Shown here in pieces: positions 48,886-59,410 of a stretch of DNA of 64,000 nucleotides. The number at the start of each line of letters is the position of its first letter. Positions within the stretch are counted from its first letter, which is position 1. The notes under the pieces are model-generated. The model did not search any database and was not told the origin of the DNA. It saw only the letters and a program-made list of their open reading frames with translations. The stretch lies in NCBI GenBank assembly GCA_947259645.1, contig CAMYND010000001.1, forward strand, positions 11,169-75,168, in the 5' to 3' direction. Source of the DNA: Thermodesulfovibrionia bacterium (GTDB lineage Bacteria; Nitrospirota; Thermodesulfovibrionia; UBA6902). Both the position numbers and the translations under genes were made by a program.

Positions 48886-51090
48886 ATGAGTAAAAAAGAG
48901 ATGATAATGAGACTTAAACAACTGGTGCGTAATTCAATCTACATTGCTGTTTTAGTCTTTCTGACAATGCTCAATACCCATGCTCAGGACAACACGGGCA
49001 AAGATGGCACTCTGCAGTATCTCATTTCCCTGCATGAAAAAAATCCTGCAGTTGTGGATTACATCATACCGGTAGCTAAGCATTATAAGAAAAGCGCGCG
49101 CTATGATAAAGCAGCTGCGTGGTTCATGAAAGCCGCAGATATTCAGCCTGACAATACAGACATACTTTTTGAAATAGGCATTCTGCTGTCATGGACAGAT
49201 AACTATCTGAGTGCAATAGAATATTTTGACAAAATTCTTACGATAGAGCCAAACCACGATGACGCAAAACTCGCCAAAGCCAGAGTTCTGAGCTGGCAGG
49301 ACAAACGCGCTGAAGCCTTGTCCTTAACTGAAGAGGTCATTGAACATAATCCCGGATATTTGGATGCATATGAACTGAAGGCCCGCATCCTTACGTGGGA
49401 AATGAATTATGATGAGGCCATTGAGATATATTCACAGATGCTCCAAATAAAACCGGACAGCAAAAATGCCCGCAAGGGGTTAGTAGATATTATTTCCTTT
49501 CAGGGTAACTATGGAGAGGCTGTCTCAAAGTATAGAAGCCTCCTCGCCCAGTACCCTGAAGACATTGACCTGATGAACACACTGGGAAAGGTTCTGCTCT
49601 GGCAGGGAGAATACGGAGAGGGCATCTCAATATTAGAGAAATCTTTCATATTAGATGAAAGACGAAAAGAGACCGTAGAACTGTTATCCCAGGGGTTTCT
49701 GTGGAGCAAAAGATTTTCGGAAGGTATTGAGTTTCAAAAAAGAATCATCGAAAAAAGCCAAGACGATTTTCAGGCCACCTATAATATCGCCGCTCTCTAT
49801 GAAGCTATGGGAAAATATGACCAGGCAATAGTCTGGTATGAAAAGGCCGCTGAATTAAAGAGAGATGACCCTCAGGTAAATGCGAAGCTGGGACTGCTCT
49901 ACAGCCGAACTAATAAAATTGATCAGGCGGTTACATCATTTCAGCGGTCTTTAAAAATCCGTGAAAATGATGTAGATAACCTGATAAACCTCGGGCGGGT
50001 CTACAGCTGGGAGAAAAGAATAAATGAATCAATAGGATTATACCAGAAGGCCCTTGTTCTTGACCCCCTCAACCAGGATGCACATATCGGTCTGGGCAGG
50101 ACCTATTATTATAATGGCCAATGGGACCTGGCAGAAGAACAGTTTCGTAAAGTACTGGAAATCAATCCGCTCAATAAGGAAGCATTTACAGAGATCGCGA
50201 GAATCAGATCTCTCATGAGGCCTTCACTCATTACCAGTTATCGATATTTCTCATTCCGGAATTATTCAAGCGATTCAGACGAATTAATAGGTAAATCATT
50301 TCGCCACGAAGTATTTGAGACCTTGAGTCATAATTTCTCTTCAGCATTATCAGGCGAGATTCAATACAGGCGTATACATGAAAAAAGCTATGAATCGGGA
50401 GAGAGGCTCTATTCGATGAAGGCCGATGAATATTCGGGATATTTAAGTGCCAGGCTCAATAAATATCTGCAGGTACGGGGCAAACTTATCGCGGGAACAT
50501 ATAAAGTCGAGAGTGATTTCTATACACTGAAAAACAGGGACTTGCTTTCAGGGTTTGTGATTCTCGATTACAGCAAGGACAAATGGGATATAAATGCCAA
50601 TTTTATAAGGGAACCGCTTTTTCCGGTCTACGAGGGTGATGAGTTATGGATTAAACATACAAACAGCTATGGGGGTTCTCTCCGGTATAATTACTCAGAG
50701 GACCTGAGTTTTTTCACTACCTTTAATTACAAAAAAGATTACGCCTCCTATAAGAGAAATGATTATTGGGCAGGCTTCGATTATGTCCTGCCAAGGTTTA
50801 AGAAACTCGAGTTTGAATATTTCTTCAGACATCTCACGAATCCACAGGACAACCTGCATTCAGCGAGTCTCATATATACGGATGCGTTCGAGAAGCTCAA
50901 TTACTTTTCCTCCTATAACCTTGAAAGCAGCTCCTTATTTAATGAAATTACGCAGACCATTAATTTATTTTTCTATTACGATTTAAAAGATAATATCAGT
51001 GCAAATGCAGGCCTGGCATATAGCCGAAACCTAAAATCAGACAAAGACGAAGCCCTTGAAATAAATGCGTATATATCATACAGATTTTAA
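48886..51090 (+). CDS. TPR-repeat protein with C-terminal outer-membrane beta-barrel (PgaA/BcsC/PrsT-like EPS export component)
   Basis: 734 aa; N-terminal TPR repeats; C-terminal ~300 aa with alternating aromatic pattern ending ...YISYRF (C-terminal Phe typical of OMP barrels). Confidence 0.6.
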   Translation: MSKKEMIMRLKQLVRNSIYIAVLVFLTMLNTHAQDNTGKDGTLQYLISLHEKNPAVVDYIIPVAKHYKKSARYDKAAAWFMKAADIQPDNTDILFEIGILLSWTDNYLSAIEYFDKILTIEPNHDDAKLAKARVLSWQDKRAEALSLTEEVIEHNPGYLDAYELKARILTWEMNYDEAIEIYSQMLQIKPDSKNARKGLVDIISFQGNYGEAVSKYRSLLAQYPEDIDLMNTLGKVLLWQGEYGEGISILEKSFILDERRKETVELLSQGFLWSKRFSEGIEFQKRIIEKSQDDFQATYNIAALYEAMGKYDQAIVWYEKAAELKRDDPQVNAKLGLLYSRTNKIDQAVTSFQRSLKIRENDVDNLINLGRVYSWEKRINESIGLYQKALVLDPLNQDAHIGLGRTYYYNGQWDLAEEQFRKVLEINPLNKEAFTEIARIRSLMRPSLITSYRYFSFRNYSSDSDELIGKSFRHEVFETLSHNFSSALSGEIQYRRIHEKSYESGERLYSMKADEYSGYLSARLNKYLQVRGKLIAGTYKVESDFYTLKNRDLLSGFVILDYSKDKWDINANFIREPLFPVYEGDELWIKHTNSYGGSLRYNYSEDLSFFTTFNYKKDYASYKRNDYWAGFDYVLPRFKKLEFEYFFRHLTNPQDNLHSASLIYTDAFEKLNYFSSYNLESSSLFNEITQTINLFFYYDLKDNISANAGLAYSRNLKSDKDEALEINAYISYRF

Positions 51091-51937
51091 ATTAGTCATT
51101 ACCATTCTTATCCTGTTATTTTTCTCACCATCTGATTATCTGTATGCGCAAAATACATTGTCCATGCAGCTTTATCATGAGGACACAGGAGGAGGGACTG
51201 ATATCTGGGCAGGAGGAGACAGTTTTATCCTTTCCAATGGAAGGCTGAAGAGTCAAAGCAGGATATTTCTGGAAGAATTTCCGAATACGCGAAAGGTAAT
51301 CCTGATCTGGTCTGGAGAGGTCAAAAATGATAACCCGCGTTTTCAGCAGATAGAGCTCATCCCTGCTCGTAAAAAAAATGTCTCAATAAAAGCGGATAGC
51401 TGTTACAGGGCTGATTCTACTGGTTTGCTCTACTCCTGTGTTGCTGATATTACTCCGCATTACAACGGGAAGGGAGACTACATTATACAAGGGCTTCAAA
51501 GTGACCACTTGACCAGGAATGATCAAAGCGATCCTTTTTCTGTAGCAGGATATGCCATATTGGTACTCTACGAAAACTCTGAGCAGGGGAATCGTACGGT
51601 TAGGGTCTATGCCGGATTAGATGTGCTCGGGCCCGGTGAAATGCATGATATTTCGATTCTGGATAACGGCTCAGATGCATCCCTGTCAAAGATGGTTCTT
51701 GTAGGCGGTCATGGCCGAAAGGGCAATGGAAGTGCAAATCTACTCAATGGAACAAGTATAAGTCAATCAGAAGACTGGAATGGATCTTCAGGGGATTACT
51801 GGGATGTGGATCTGTTTGAAAACATAGATGTTGACCGGAATAGAGCAGCAAAAAACGGTTTAATCCTTTCTATTGATACTGTCCTGCAATGGGTTTATCC
51901 AGTGGTTATTGCCGCTGTATTTGAGGAGAAAGACTAA
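51065..51937 (+). CDS. Secreted hypothetical protein
   Basis: Signal peptide (ITILILLFFSPSDYLYA), no known motif; EPS-locus context. Confidence 0.35.
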   Translation: MRIYHTDFKLVITILILLFFSPSDYLYAQNTLSMQLYHEDTGGGTDIWAGGDSFILSNGRLKSQSRIFLEEFPNTRKVILIWSGEVKNDNPRFQQIELIPARKKNVSIKADSCYRADSTGLLYSCVADITPHYNGKGDYIIQGLQSDHLTRNDQSDPFSVAGYAILVLYENSEQGNRTVRVYAGLDVLGPGEMHDISILDNGSDASLSKMVLVGGHGRKGNGSANLLNGTSISQSEDWNGSSGDYWDVDLFENIDVDRNRAAKNGLILSIDTVLQWVYPVVIAAVFEEKD

Positions 51938-51938
51938 G

Positions 51939-52298
51939 ATGAAAAAAATAATTTTCTGTACGTTCGTTAGTGGGTTGATAGTATTTGCAATAAATATTAG
52001 CGGATCTTTTTTGCTGAACTCGGAAAAAGACAGTTTCAACAGGACCAGCCTCTCTGATCAAATTGGCATCGTGTCTGTTCTTTCAGCAGGTACTGTATAC
52101 GCTGCAAGCGATAAATCCCAGGGTAAAGCATTGGGCCATTTAAAAGATAAAAACAAGAAGCCGAAAAAGCCAAAGAAACCAAAAAAAGATAAAGGCAAAG
52201 GCCCATCCCTGCCAGCCCTGCCAATGGTATCGTCTGTCATACTGGGACTCGGGGCAGTAGGTTGGGGCAGGTATTTTTTCAGAAAACAGAAGGAATAA
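51939..52298 (+). CDS. Small secreted protein with Lys/Pro-rich spacer and PEP-CTERM-like (variant LPALP-CTERM) sorting signal
   Basis: Signal peptide; KDKNKKPKKPKKPKKDKGKG; C-terminus PSLPALP-MVSSVILGLGAVGWG-RYFFRKQKE = motif + TM helix + basic cluster; directly upstream of exosortase. Confidence 0.5.
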   Translation: MKKIIFCTFVSGLIVFAINISGSFLLNSEKDSFNRTSLSDQIGIVSVLSAGTVYAASDKSQGKALGHLKDKNKKPKKPKKPKKDKGKGPSLPALPMVSSVILGLGAVGWGRYFFRKQKE

Positions 52299-52301
52299 GT
52301 A

Positions 52302-53150
52302 GTGAAGAGACAATACGCTATAGTTATGGGCATATATTGCCTTGTTTACTGGAGTATATTTCATAATACCCTCACCTGGATAGCGCATTCGTGGAGGCAC
52401 AACTCTTTTTATACCCATGGATTCATAATCTTCTTTCTCTGCCTTGGGCTGCTCCTGATAAACAGTGCGAAGCTGAAAACAACTAGTTTTCAGCCAGGCT
52501 CAGCACTGGTCCCTGGCATCGCATTTTTAATTATGGTCTCTTTCGGTGTACTGCTGCGTTTTCATTACTTAATCGGGCTTTCCTTTATCACTGGCGCAAT
52601 CAGTCTGAACAGACTGCTCGTGGCAGAGGAAAATAAGGAGTTTATGCAGCTTCCGTTCTGGTTGATGGTGATTGCCATCCCCCTGCCCTTCCTGAATGAG
52701 GTTGCGGGCTATATGAGTTATGCCGCTTCAAAGACCGTAGCTGTCATCATGGGGGCGCTATTTTCGTCAGTAGAAGTAGATGGGATATCACTGATTATCC
52801 CCGGTGGTGTTGCATTTGATATAGATACCAGTTGCAGCGGAGCTGGCTCAATCCTTGCTTTGATCACTATTGCCATATTGTGGCTTGCATCATTTAAGGA
52901 CAATCCGAAAATTACCTCTGTTTTAATCGTCCTTGCTTTGCCCGTTGGATTTTTCACAAATGTATTACGGATCGTTTTCGTATTTATGGTTGCCAATACA
53001 TGGGGAATGCAATATGCCATACAATTCTGGCATGACTTTGCGGGCTATATCTTCTACATTATTTCACTGGGAATTTTATTCATCAGCTGGATTGCCATAA
53101 AACGAATCAGCAAGGACAAAATCAGGTTGAGAAGGCTCATCATAGCATGA
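52302..53150 (+). CDS. Exosortase (Xrt family) transmembrane transpeptidase
   Basis: 282 aa, ~8 TM, conserved Cys in DIDTSCSGAGSI and Arg in FFTNVLRIVFVF; adjacent to CTERM-signal protein and EpsI-like gene. Confidence 0.6.
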   Translation: MKRQYAIVMGIYCLVYWSIFHNTLTWIAHSWRHNSFYTHGFIIFFLCLGLLLINSAKLKTTSFQPGSALVPGIAFLIMVSFGVLLRFHYLIGLSFITGAISLNRLLVAEENKEFMQLPFWLMVIAIPLPFLNEVAGYMSYAASKTVAVIMGALFSSVEVDGISLIIPGGVAFDIDTSCSGAGSILALITIAILWLASFKDNPKITSVLIVLALPVGFFTNVLRIVFVFMVANTWGMQYAIQFWHDFAGYIFYIISLGILFISWIAIKRISKDKIRLRRLIIA

Positions 53151-55087
53151 CAATCAAACAATACTCTTTATTAATTATAGTGATATTTATCGCCTGTACC
53201 GGTAATGCCCTTGCTTCCCGGATAAATACTTTTACGACAGATATCGCCTATTATTTTGCAACATCACATGAGGGCAAGATTAAGGCCTCCTCGGATTTTC
53301 TTGATAATGATCAGATCCTTCAAATCCCCTTTGAGCTTGGTAATTGGGACGGTTATGATCTGGAGCATGATGATGAGAATCTCTCTTTTTTCAGGGCCTA
53401 TGTTGATCAACGCGATGGAGCGAAGATATATTTCATTGCAGTACATGCGCTTACCGAGAGCAAGCTGCACACTCCTGAAGTCTGTTACCTCAACGATAAC
53501 TGGAAGATAAGCAAAAGAGGATATAATAAAATCGCATTAGCTGATAAGCATTTTGAAACACGTTATTTTATTGCCGAGAAAGATGAATGGAAACATTACC
53601 TGTCGTACTGGTTTATGTGGCGTGATTCACGGCGACTTATGAGTGACGGCGCTGTTATGTTTCGCATAGCGGTCAGTATGGACAACATCTCTGAAGAGAA
53701 AGCCAAAGCCAAGTTACGGGATTTCATAATAAACCTGAGCGGCTATTCCGCGGACCAGAAAAATACTCCGGGAAAGAAAACGATACAGGAGACGCCGTTA
53801 TCAGAGCCATTCATAAACAGGGACAGTGAATATTTTGATACACGGAAAGAGACATTACAGTGGCTCCAAAAACAGATTGTACCAAACGAGATCGTGAGAT
53901 CTCCGGCAAACGACAGAAGGAATCTTATCTTAAGTTATAAATTACCAAAAGATGCCGATGCCTATCGCTACATATTCAGCAAATCATCACTCTATGACAA
54001 TGCACTCGCTGTGATAGCATTTACTATTGAACATCAATTTGAAACCGCGAGTAAGATTATTGATGCTATAATGCGCATGGGCGGGGAAGATGGGGACCTC
54101 TTTTTTACATTCAACACTCATAATAGCTGGCCAAACAGTAAAGACCGCGAGGGCGCGATTATTAGGTCAGGAGCATCAGCCTGGGCAGGTTATTCGATCG
54201 TCTTCTATTTAAGAGCACTGCTGTTGAGTGATCCCGATGCTATTGAAAAGAGCTCTGAACTGCAGGGTTACCTCAAGTATGCTGAGTTGATAGCTGATAA
54301 TATGCTGCAGCGCAGTGTAAATGATACAAGAGACCCCAGATATGGGCTGATTACCGGTGGCAATGGATCTTATCGGCTCTTTTTAAATGACGAAGCAGAT
54401 GTAATTGAAGAGAGGTTTGTGCCGGGAGAGGTTCTCTGGACCAGCATGGAGCATAACATTGATATGTATTTCTACCTGAGAGATCTTGGAGATGTTTCCG
54501 GCAATCAGGATTATTCATTGGCTGCGGAGGCCATGGGGGAAAGTCTGCTTCAAAAAAGCTGGAACACGAGATTTGAGCAGTTTAACCGGGGACAGAGGCT
54601 GGATGGCCCTGATACTGTCAGGGCCCTGGATTGCGCCTCATGGGGGGTGTTTCTGCTTTTGGCAAGAGAAGAAGAAGAAAAAGCATATGCTGCATTATCA
54701 GCTGCAGAAAATTACAGAAGCATAACAGACAGGGGGTTCGGCTATAAACCCTATATTGATAAACCCATATATGAAAATCGCAAGATAAACACATTTTATT
54801 TTCCCTCTAATCCTCAAAAAAACTGGACTGATCTTGAGATGATGTGGACCGAAGGGGCCCTCGGGGTTTCTCTGGCCAATATGCGCTTCAGGAATAATAA
54901 AAGAGCGAAGGACATTATCAGGGAAGTCCTGAAATACCGTTCTAAAAAGGGAGGGATAGCTTATTCATCCATACCTATTGCTCATGAGTTTTCCACTGCT
55001 CCTTCAGTAGCGCCTGCAGCGTGGCTTATTATTAATTTGGGTGAATTAGAGCAGAATAAGATAGCACAGCTATTCTGGAATCAATAA
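53147..55087 (+). CDS. EpsI-like exosortase-associated domain (N-term ~210 aa) fused to large alpha/alpha-toroid-like (glycosidase-like?) domain
   Basis: N-term signal/TM, HTPEVCY motif resembling EpsI family; C-terminal 430 aa helical-repeat domain of unknown function. Confidence 0.45.
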   Translation: MTIKQYSLLIIVIFIACTGNALASRINTFTTDIAYYFATSHEGKIKASSDFLDNDQILQIPFELGNWDGYDLEHDDENLSFFRAYVDQRDGAKIYFIAVHALTESKLHTPEVCYLNDNWKISKRGYNKIALADKHFETRYFIAEKDEWKHYLSYWFMWRDSRRLMSDGAVMFRIAVSMDNISEEKAKAKLRDFIINLSGYSADQKNTPGKKTIQETPLSEPFINRDSEYFDTRKETLQWLQKQIVPNEIVRSPANDRRNLILSYKLPKDADAYRYIFSKSSLYDNALAVIAFTIEHQFETASKIIDAIMRMGGEDGDLFFTFNTHNSWPNSKDREGAIIRSGASAWAGYSIVFYLRALLLSDPDAIEKSSELQGYLKYAELIADNMLQRSVNDTRDPRYGLITGGNGSYRLFLNDEADVIEERFVPGEVLWTSMEHNIDMYFYLRDLGDVSGNQDYSLAAEAMGESLLQKSWNTRFEQFNRGQRLDGPDTVRALDCASWGVFLLLAREEEEKAYAALSAAENYRSITDRGFGYKPYIDKPIYENRKINTFYFPSNPQKNWTDLEMMWTEGALGVSLANMRFRNNKRAKDIIREVLKYRSKKGGIAYSSIPIAHEFSTAPSVAPAAWLIINLGELEQNKIAQLFWNQ

Positions 55088-55280
55088 TGGACGTAACAGT
55101 ACGTATAATTAGGGAGACAGGGAAGTAGAGAGAGTGCAGGTAAGCATTGCAGAAACCGGGGTTTTTTTGTTAAAATTTAAATAGGTATAACGAGCCCCGC
55201 AGCGTCATTTTCTGAGTTTTTCTGCTGTTGTTCTTACCAGGATATATGCCTATGAGACTAATCATGAAAAGGCAGGATAG

Positions 55281-57986
55281 ATGAACACGAAGAAAATATC
55301 GATCAGAAGGATGTTGACTTCACCGGTTATTTCTGTTCCCCCTAAGACCACTCTTACAAAAGCCATAGCCCTTATGGCAAAACATAAAATAAGCTGCCTC
55401 GTAGTTATTGACAAGGGAAAACCGGTTGGCATCCTGACTGAGCGGGACCTTGTTTTAGCATTAAACCAGCGGACCCCGCTTCATGGCCTGAAAACAGAGG
55501 ACCTGATGAGTCCCAAGGTCATTACAGCAAATATTAATATTGATATATTTGAGGCCCTGGATATTTTAGGGACAAACAACATCCGGCATCTTGTTATCAC
55601 TGATTCAAGGGGAACTCTCTCGGGAATTATCACACAATCAGATATCAGGAACAATCTCGGGTTCGAGTGCTTTGTCGAAATCAAGCAGATATCGAAGATA
55701 ATGACAAAAAACGTGGTGACTACAGAGCTCGGCACGTTCCTGCCTGATGTCATATCCAGGATGGCCGAATATGCGATCAGCTGCATTGTGGCAGTAAAGG
55801 ATGGGTATCCTGTCGGCATGTTCACTGAGAGGGACATTGTCAAACTTTTCAAGAGTGGTACAGACATTACTCCCTTAAAAATTGAAGATGTGATGAGCTC
55901 TCCCGTTGAAACAGTCCAACTCGACACGCCCGTACATGAAGCATCAAAGGTGATGAATCAAAAAAAGATCCGGAGAATGGTGGTCGTAGACAAGAATGGA
56001 AGGTCTGCGGGGCTGATAACGCAATCAGATATCATTAAGAGGTTTGAGCGACGATACATAGAAATTCTGAAAGATATTATACGGGAAAAGGAGGTGGCAT
56101 TACAGGAAACCAAGAAGCTGTTAAGTGATAAGATAGTTCTTGACAACATCATGCGCTCCTCCATGGATATAGCGATTGTAGCCTCAGACCTTGATTGCCG
56201 AATCATATATTTCAACCCCTTCGCAGAAAAAATATATGGGCTCAAGACTGAAAAAGCGATTGGCATGACAATCATGGACCTTCTCAGAAAAGAATCAGCC
56301 GGTCATACACAGCTGGAAGAAGCAATAGAGACGGTAAAGAACGGAAAAGATTTCAGATATCTGAGTAATCAGACAAAGAAAGGAAAGGTCCGTTTTATCG
56401 AGTCCGTTGTTTCAGGCATACGGAACCGCAATAGACAGCTGGCAGGATATGTATTAATGTCCCGGGACATTACCGCCCGGAAGCTTGCTGATGAGGCACT
56501 GCAGAACTCAGAGAAGAAATACCGGAACGTTGTTGATACTGCGCTTGCCGGAATTTTTCAGACCACTGTCAGCGACGATGTGCTCTTTGCAAATGATGCC
56601 CTCTTAAGAATACTTGAATTTGAGTCACTGGAGGAAGCTGTGACAAAAGGGATTATCAAGCGATTCAAAGAGCCTGAGAAGATATCATCATTAATCGAAA
56701 CGCTCTATGAAAAAGGAAAAGTTGACAATTTTGAGACTGAAATACTTACCAGGTCGCAGAAAACAATTAACCTGATCTTAAGTGCGACGCTTGAAGGCAA
56801 TGTCATATCAGGAGTAATTATTGATATCACGCGGATCAAGAACCTTGAAGAACAACTGCACCAGTCTCAAAAAATGGAAGCTCTTGGAACTCTTACCGGC
56901 GGTATTGCGCACGAATTTAATAATATATTAATGACCATATCCACGAGCGCCCAGTTATCTCAGAGGGAAATTGCTCTGGATCATCCCCTGAGAGACAACA
57001 TAGATATGATAGTGGACGCCACCTGGAAAGCCGCGCAGTTAACGCAGGGGCTGCTTTCTTACACCAGGATGCCGACCACCATGAAGGCCCCGACTGACGT
57101 AAATTCCCTTATAGAAACAATGGGAGGATACCTTGCTAACATAGTCAGAAAGAATGTGGATTTTACTGTTCTGACCTCCGGCAGACCTTTGGCAATACGT
57201 GCGGACAGGTCTCAGATCGAGCAGGTAATCATGAATTTGGCAACAAACGCGCTTGATGCCATGGAAAAAATGGGTGCCCTGATCATACAATCGGAGCATA
57301 AACAAATTGATAATAACAGCATGGCTCTTCAGGAGTCTCTTCCTGCCGGAGAATATGTCGTAATCTCGGTTACGGATACGGGAACAGGTATCAGCAGAAA
57401 AACGCAGGCGAGAATGTTCGAACCCTTTTTTACGACAAAAACCATCGGTAAGGGAACAGGACTTGGCCTGTCGATTGTATACGGCATTGTAAAAAAACAT
57501 GATGGCCACATATCTGTAGAGAGTGAACCGGGAAAGGGCACAACGTTTAAAATATACCTCCCTGCGATTCATTCTGAATGTGTGCAGGCATGTGCGCAGC
57601 TTCACTCCCTGCCAACGGTCGGCACAGGAACAGTGCTCTTCGCAGAGGATGATAAAACAGTCCTGAAAGTCACTGCACAGGTTCTTGAGAAAGCCGGATA
57701 CCAGGTCATTGCTGCTGTTGACGGTGAGGACGCGGTAAAAAAATATAAGCAATTTAAAGATGAAATAAATCTGCTCTTTTTTGATGTTGTGATGCCGAAG
57801 ATGAGCGGGATGGACGCCTATGATGAAATACGGAAGATAAACCCGGACGTCAAGATTTTATTCGTTACCGGTTACATAGCCGATGACAGCACAGAAAATA
57901 CAATTGTTGACGCAGGGCTTCCTATTATGACAAAACCGGTTTCTCCTGGCGACCTGGAAAAGAAAATAAGGGAAATCCTCTGTTGA
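55281..57986 (+). CDS. Hybrid sensor histidine kinase: 4x CBS, PAS, HisKA, HATPase, C-terminal receiver
   Basis: Repeated CBS-like blocks (ISCLVVIDKGKPVGILTERD etc.), GGIAHEFNNIL H-box, GTGLGLSIVYGIV G2 box, REC with DVVMPKMSG. Confidence 0.8.
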   Translation: MNTKKISIRRMLTSPVISVPPKTTLTKAIALMAKHKISCLVVIDKGKPVGILTERDLVLALNQRTPLHGLKTEDLMSPKVITANINIDIFEALDILGTNNIRHLVITDSRGTLSGIITQSDIRNNLGFECFVEIKQISKIMTKNVVTTELGTFLPDVISRMAEYAISCIVAVKDGYPVGMFTERDIVKLFKSGTDITPLKIEDVMSSPVETVQLDTPVHEASKVMNQKKIRRMVVVDKNGRSAGLITQSDIIKRFERRYIEILKDIIREKEVALQETKKLLSDKIVLDNIMRSSMDIAIVASDLDCRIIYFNPFAEKIYGLKTEKAIGMTIMDLLRKESAGHTQLEEAIETVKNGKDFRYLSNQTKKGKVRFIESVVSGIRNRNRQLAGYVLMSRDITARKLADEALQNSEKKYRNVVDTALAGIFQTTVSDDVLFANDALLRILEFESLEEAVTKGIIKRFKEPEKISSLIETLYEKGKVDNFETEILTRSQKTINLILSATLEGNVISGVIIDITRIKNLEEQLHQSQKMEALGTLTGGIAHEFNNILMTISTSAQLSQREIALDHPLRDNIDMIVDATWKAAQLTQGLLSYTRMPTTMKAPTDVNSLIETMGGYLANIVRKNVDFTVLTSGRPLAIRADRSQIEQVIMNLATNALDAMEKMGALIIQSEHKQIDNNSMALQESLPAGEYVVISVTDTGTGISRKTQARMFEPFFTTKTIGKGTGLGLSIVYGIVKKHDGHISVESEPGKGTTFKIYLPAIHSECVQACAQLHSLPTVGTGTVLFAEDDKTVLKVTAQVLEKAGYQVIAAVDGEDAVKKYKQFKDEINLLFFDVVMPKMSGMDAYDEIRKINPDVKILFVTGYIADDSTENTIVDAGLPIMTKPVSPGDLEKKIREILC

Positions 57987-58108
57987 CCATTAAAAGGCTG
58001 TTATAGACTGTCAGTTCCCCTCCGTATGATTTAAATCCTGGCGTACAAATCAGATAAAAACAGATAATTATTTTTAGTATATACTTTATAAAGAAATCAT
58101 AAAGGAGG

Positions 58109-58498
58109 TTGGAAATGCAAAAGGGAAGGATGATACGGCAGGGCATGTTATTCGTATTAAGCGTGGCACTACTTTTTTCCTGTACGGCCGGAAAGATGAG
58201 CGCTGAGGAAACGTCGAAAATACAGGGTGCCATGAAAGAATATGTGGATGCAAAACTTCTACAGGACGGCAATGTTTACAAGATAGAGGATATAAACGGG
58301 ACCTTTGATTATCTGCACGAGGGCGTGAAAAAAAGCGGGGATATGTATATTTCCTGCGCTGATGTAAAAGTAGGCACTACTGTGTATGATATCGACTATT
58401 ACGTTACAAAAGAGAAAGGCACCTATACCGTTACAAAAGAAGTATTGCACAAGATAAATAAGGAAAAAGTTGACCGTCCCCTCTGGGAGAAAAAATAA
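58109..58498 (+). CDS. Hypothetical lipoprotein
   Basis: Lipobox LLFSC after signal peptide; AAGGAGG RBS. Confidence 0.4.
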   Translation: MEMQKGRMIRQGMLFVLSVALLFSCTAGKMSAEETSKIQGAMKEYVDAKLLQDGNVYKIEDINGTFDYLHEGVKKSGDMYISCADVKVGTTVYDIDYYVTKEKGTYTVTKEVLHKINKEKVDRPLWEKK

Positions 58499-58534
58499 AA
58501 TCTGTCATCTGCATGACTGAAACTACACCTGAAA

Positions 58535-59410
58535 ATGAAAACTACCATTGTATGCGGTGTGCTCGGAGCTGGAAAAACTACATTTATCAGGAATATTCTG
58601 AAGCAGGGTGCTGAGAAAACCGTTGTCCTTGTGAATGATTTCGGCAGTGCAGGCATTGATGGAGAGATCCTCTCTGCGGGCGGGATCGAGACGATTGAAC
58701 TGCCCAGTGGATGTGTCTGCTGCTCCCTGCGTTTTGACCTTATCACTACAGTCCAGAAGATCGTTGATCAGCATAACCCGGAGCACCTCTATATCGAACC
58801 CAGCGGCGTGGCTTCTCCTTCGGGTGTTATCGACGCACTGGATTCATTGAAGATACAGCCTGTTACCGTGATCGGTATCGTCGATGCCACCGAGTTTATC
58901 GATATATACGAGACAGACATGTACGGATGGTTTTTTAAGAGCCAGGTGACCCGGTCGGATATTGTCCTGGTCAATAAAATCGATCTTGTAGACAAGGGAA
59001 AAAAAGAGAAGACCCTTGCCCTGATCGAAGGGTTAAATAAAAATGCGGTGATTGCTCCTACGGTAAATGCCGAGCTGGACAGGAGCCTGCTGTTTCATGA
59101 AACATCCGAACGGAAAATAGAGCCTGGCCATGATCACGCGCTTCAGCTTGAAAGCATTACCATACTGATCAAGAGGCCCGTTGCCCTGGAGCTTTTTATG
59201 ACGCTGCTGAAAAAACTGGCTGCTAATGAATACGGACAGGTGATACGAGCCAAGGCACTTGCCCAAACCGATCAGGGGCCCTACCGCTTCGACCTGGCTT
59301 CCAGGCAGGTAACATCTGAGCCATTTGATAAAGAAATCAAAAACAGCCGCCTTGTCGTTATCGGTAAAGATCTTAAGGAAGATGAAATAAAGGCGGCAGC
59401 TCTAAACTAA
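58535..59410 (+). CDS. CobW/COG0523-family G3E GTPase (putative metallochaperone)
   Basis: GVLGAGKTT P-loop, CVCCS metal-binding motif, overall 291 aa. Confidence 0.75.
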   Translation: MKTTIVCGVLGAGKTTFIRNILKQGAEKTVVLVNDFGSAGIDGEILSAGGIETIELPSGCVCCSLRFDLITTVQKIVDQHNPEHLYIEPSGVASPSGVIDALDSLKIQPVTVIGIVDATEFIDIYETDMYGWFFKSQVTRSDIVLVNKIDLVDKGKKEKTLALIEGLNKNAVIAPTVNAELDRSLLFHETSERKIEPGHDHALQLESITILIKRPVALELFMTLLKKLAANEYGQVIRAKALAQTDQGPYRFDLASRQVTSEPFDKEIKNSRLVVIGKDLKEDEIKAAALN

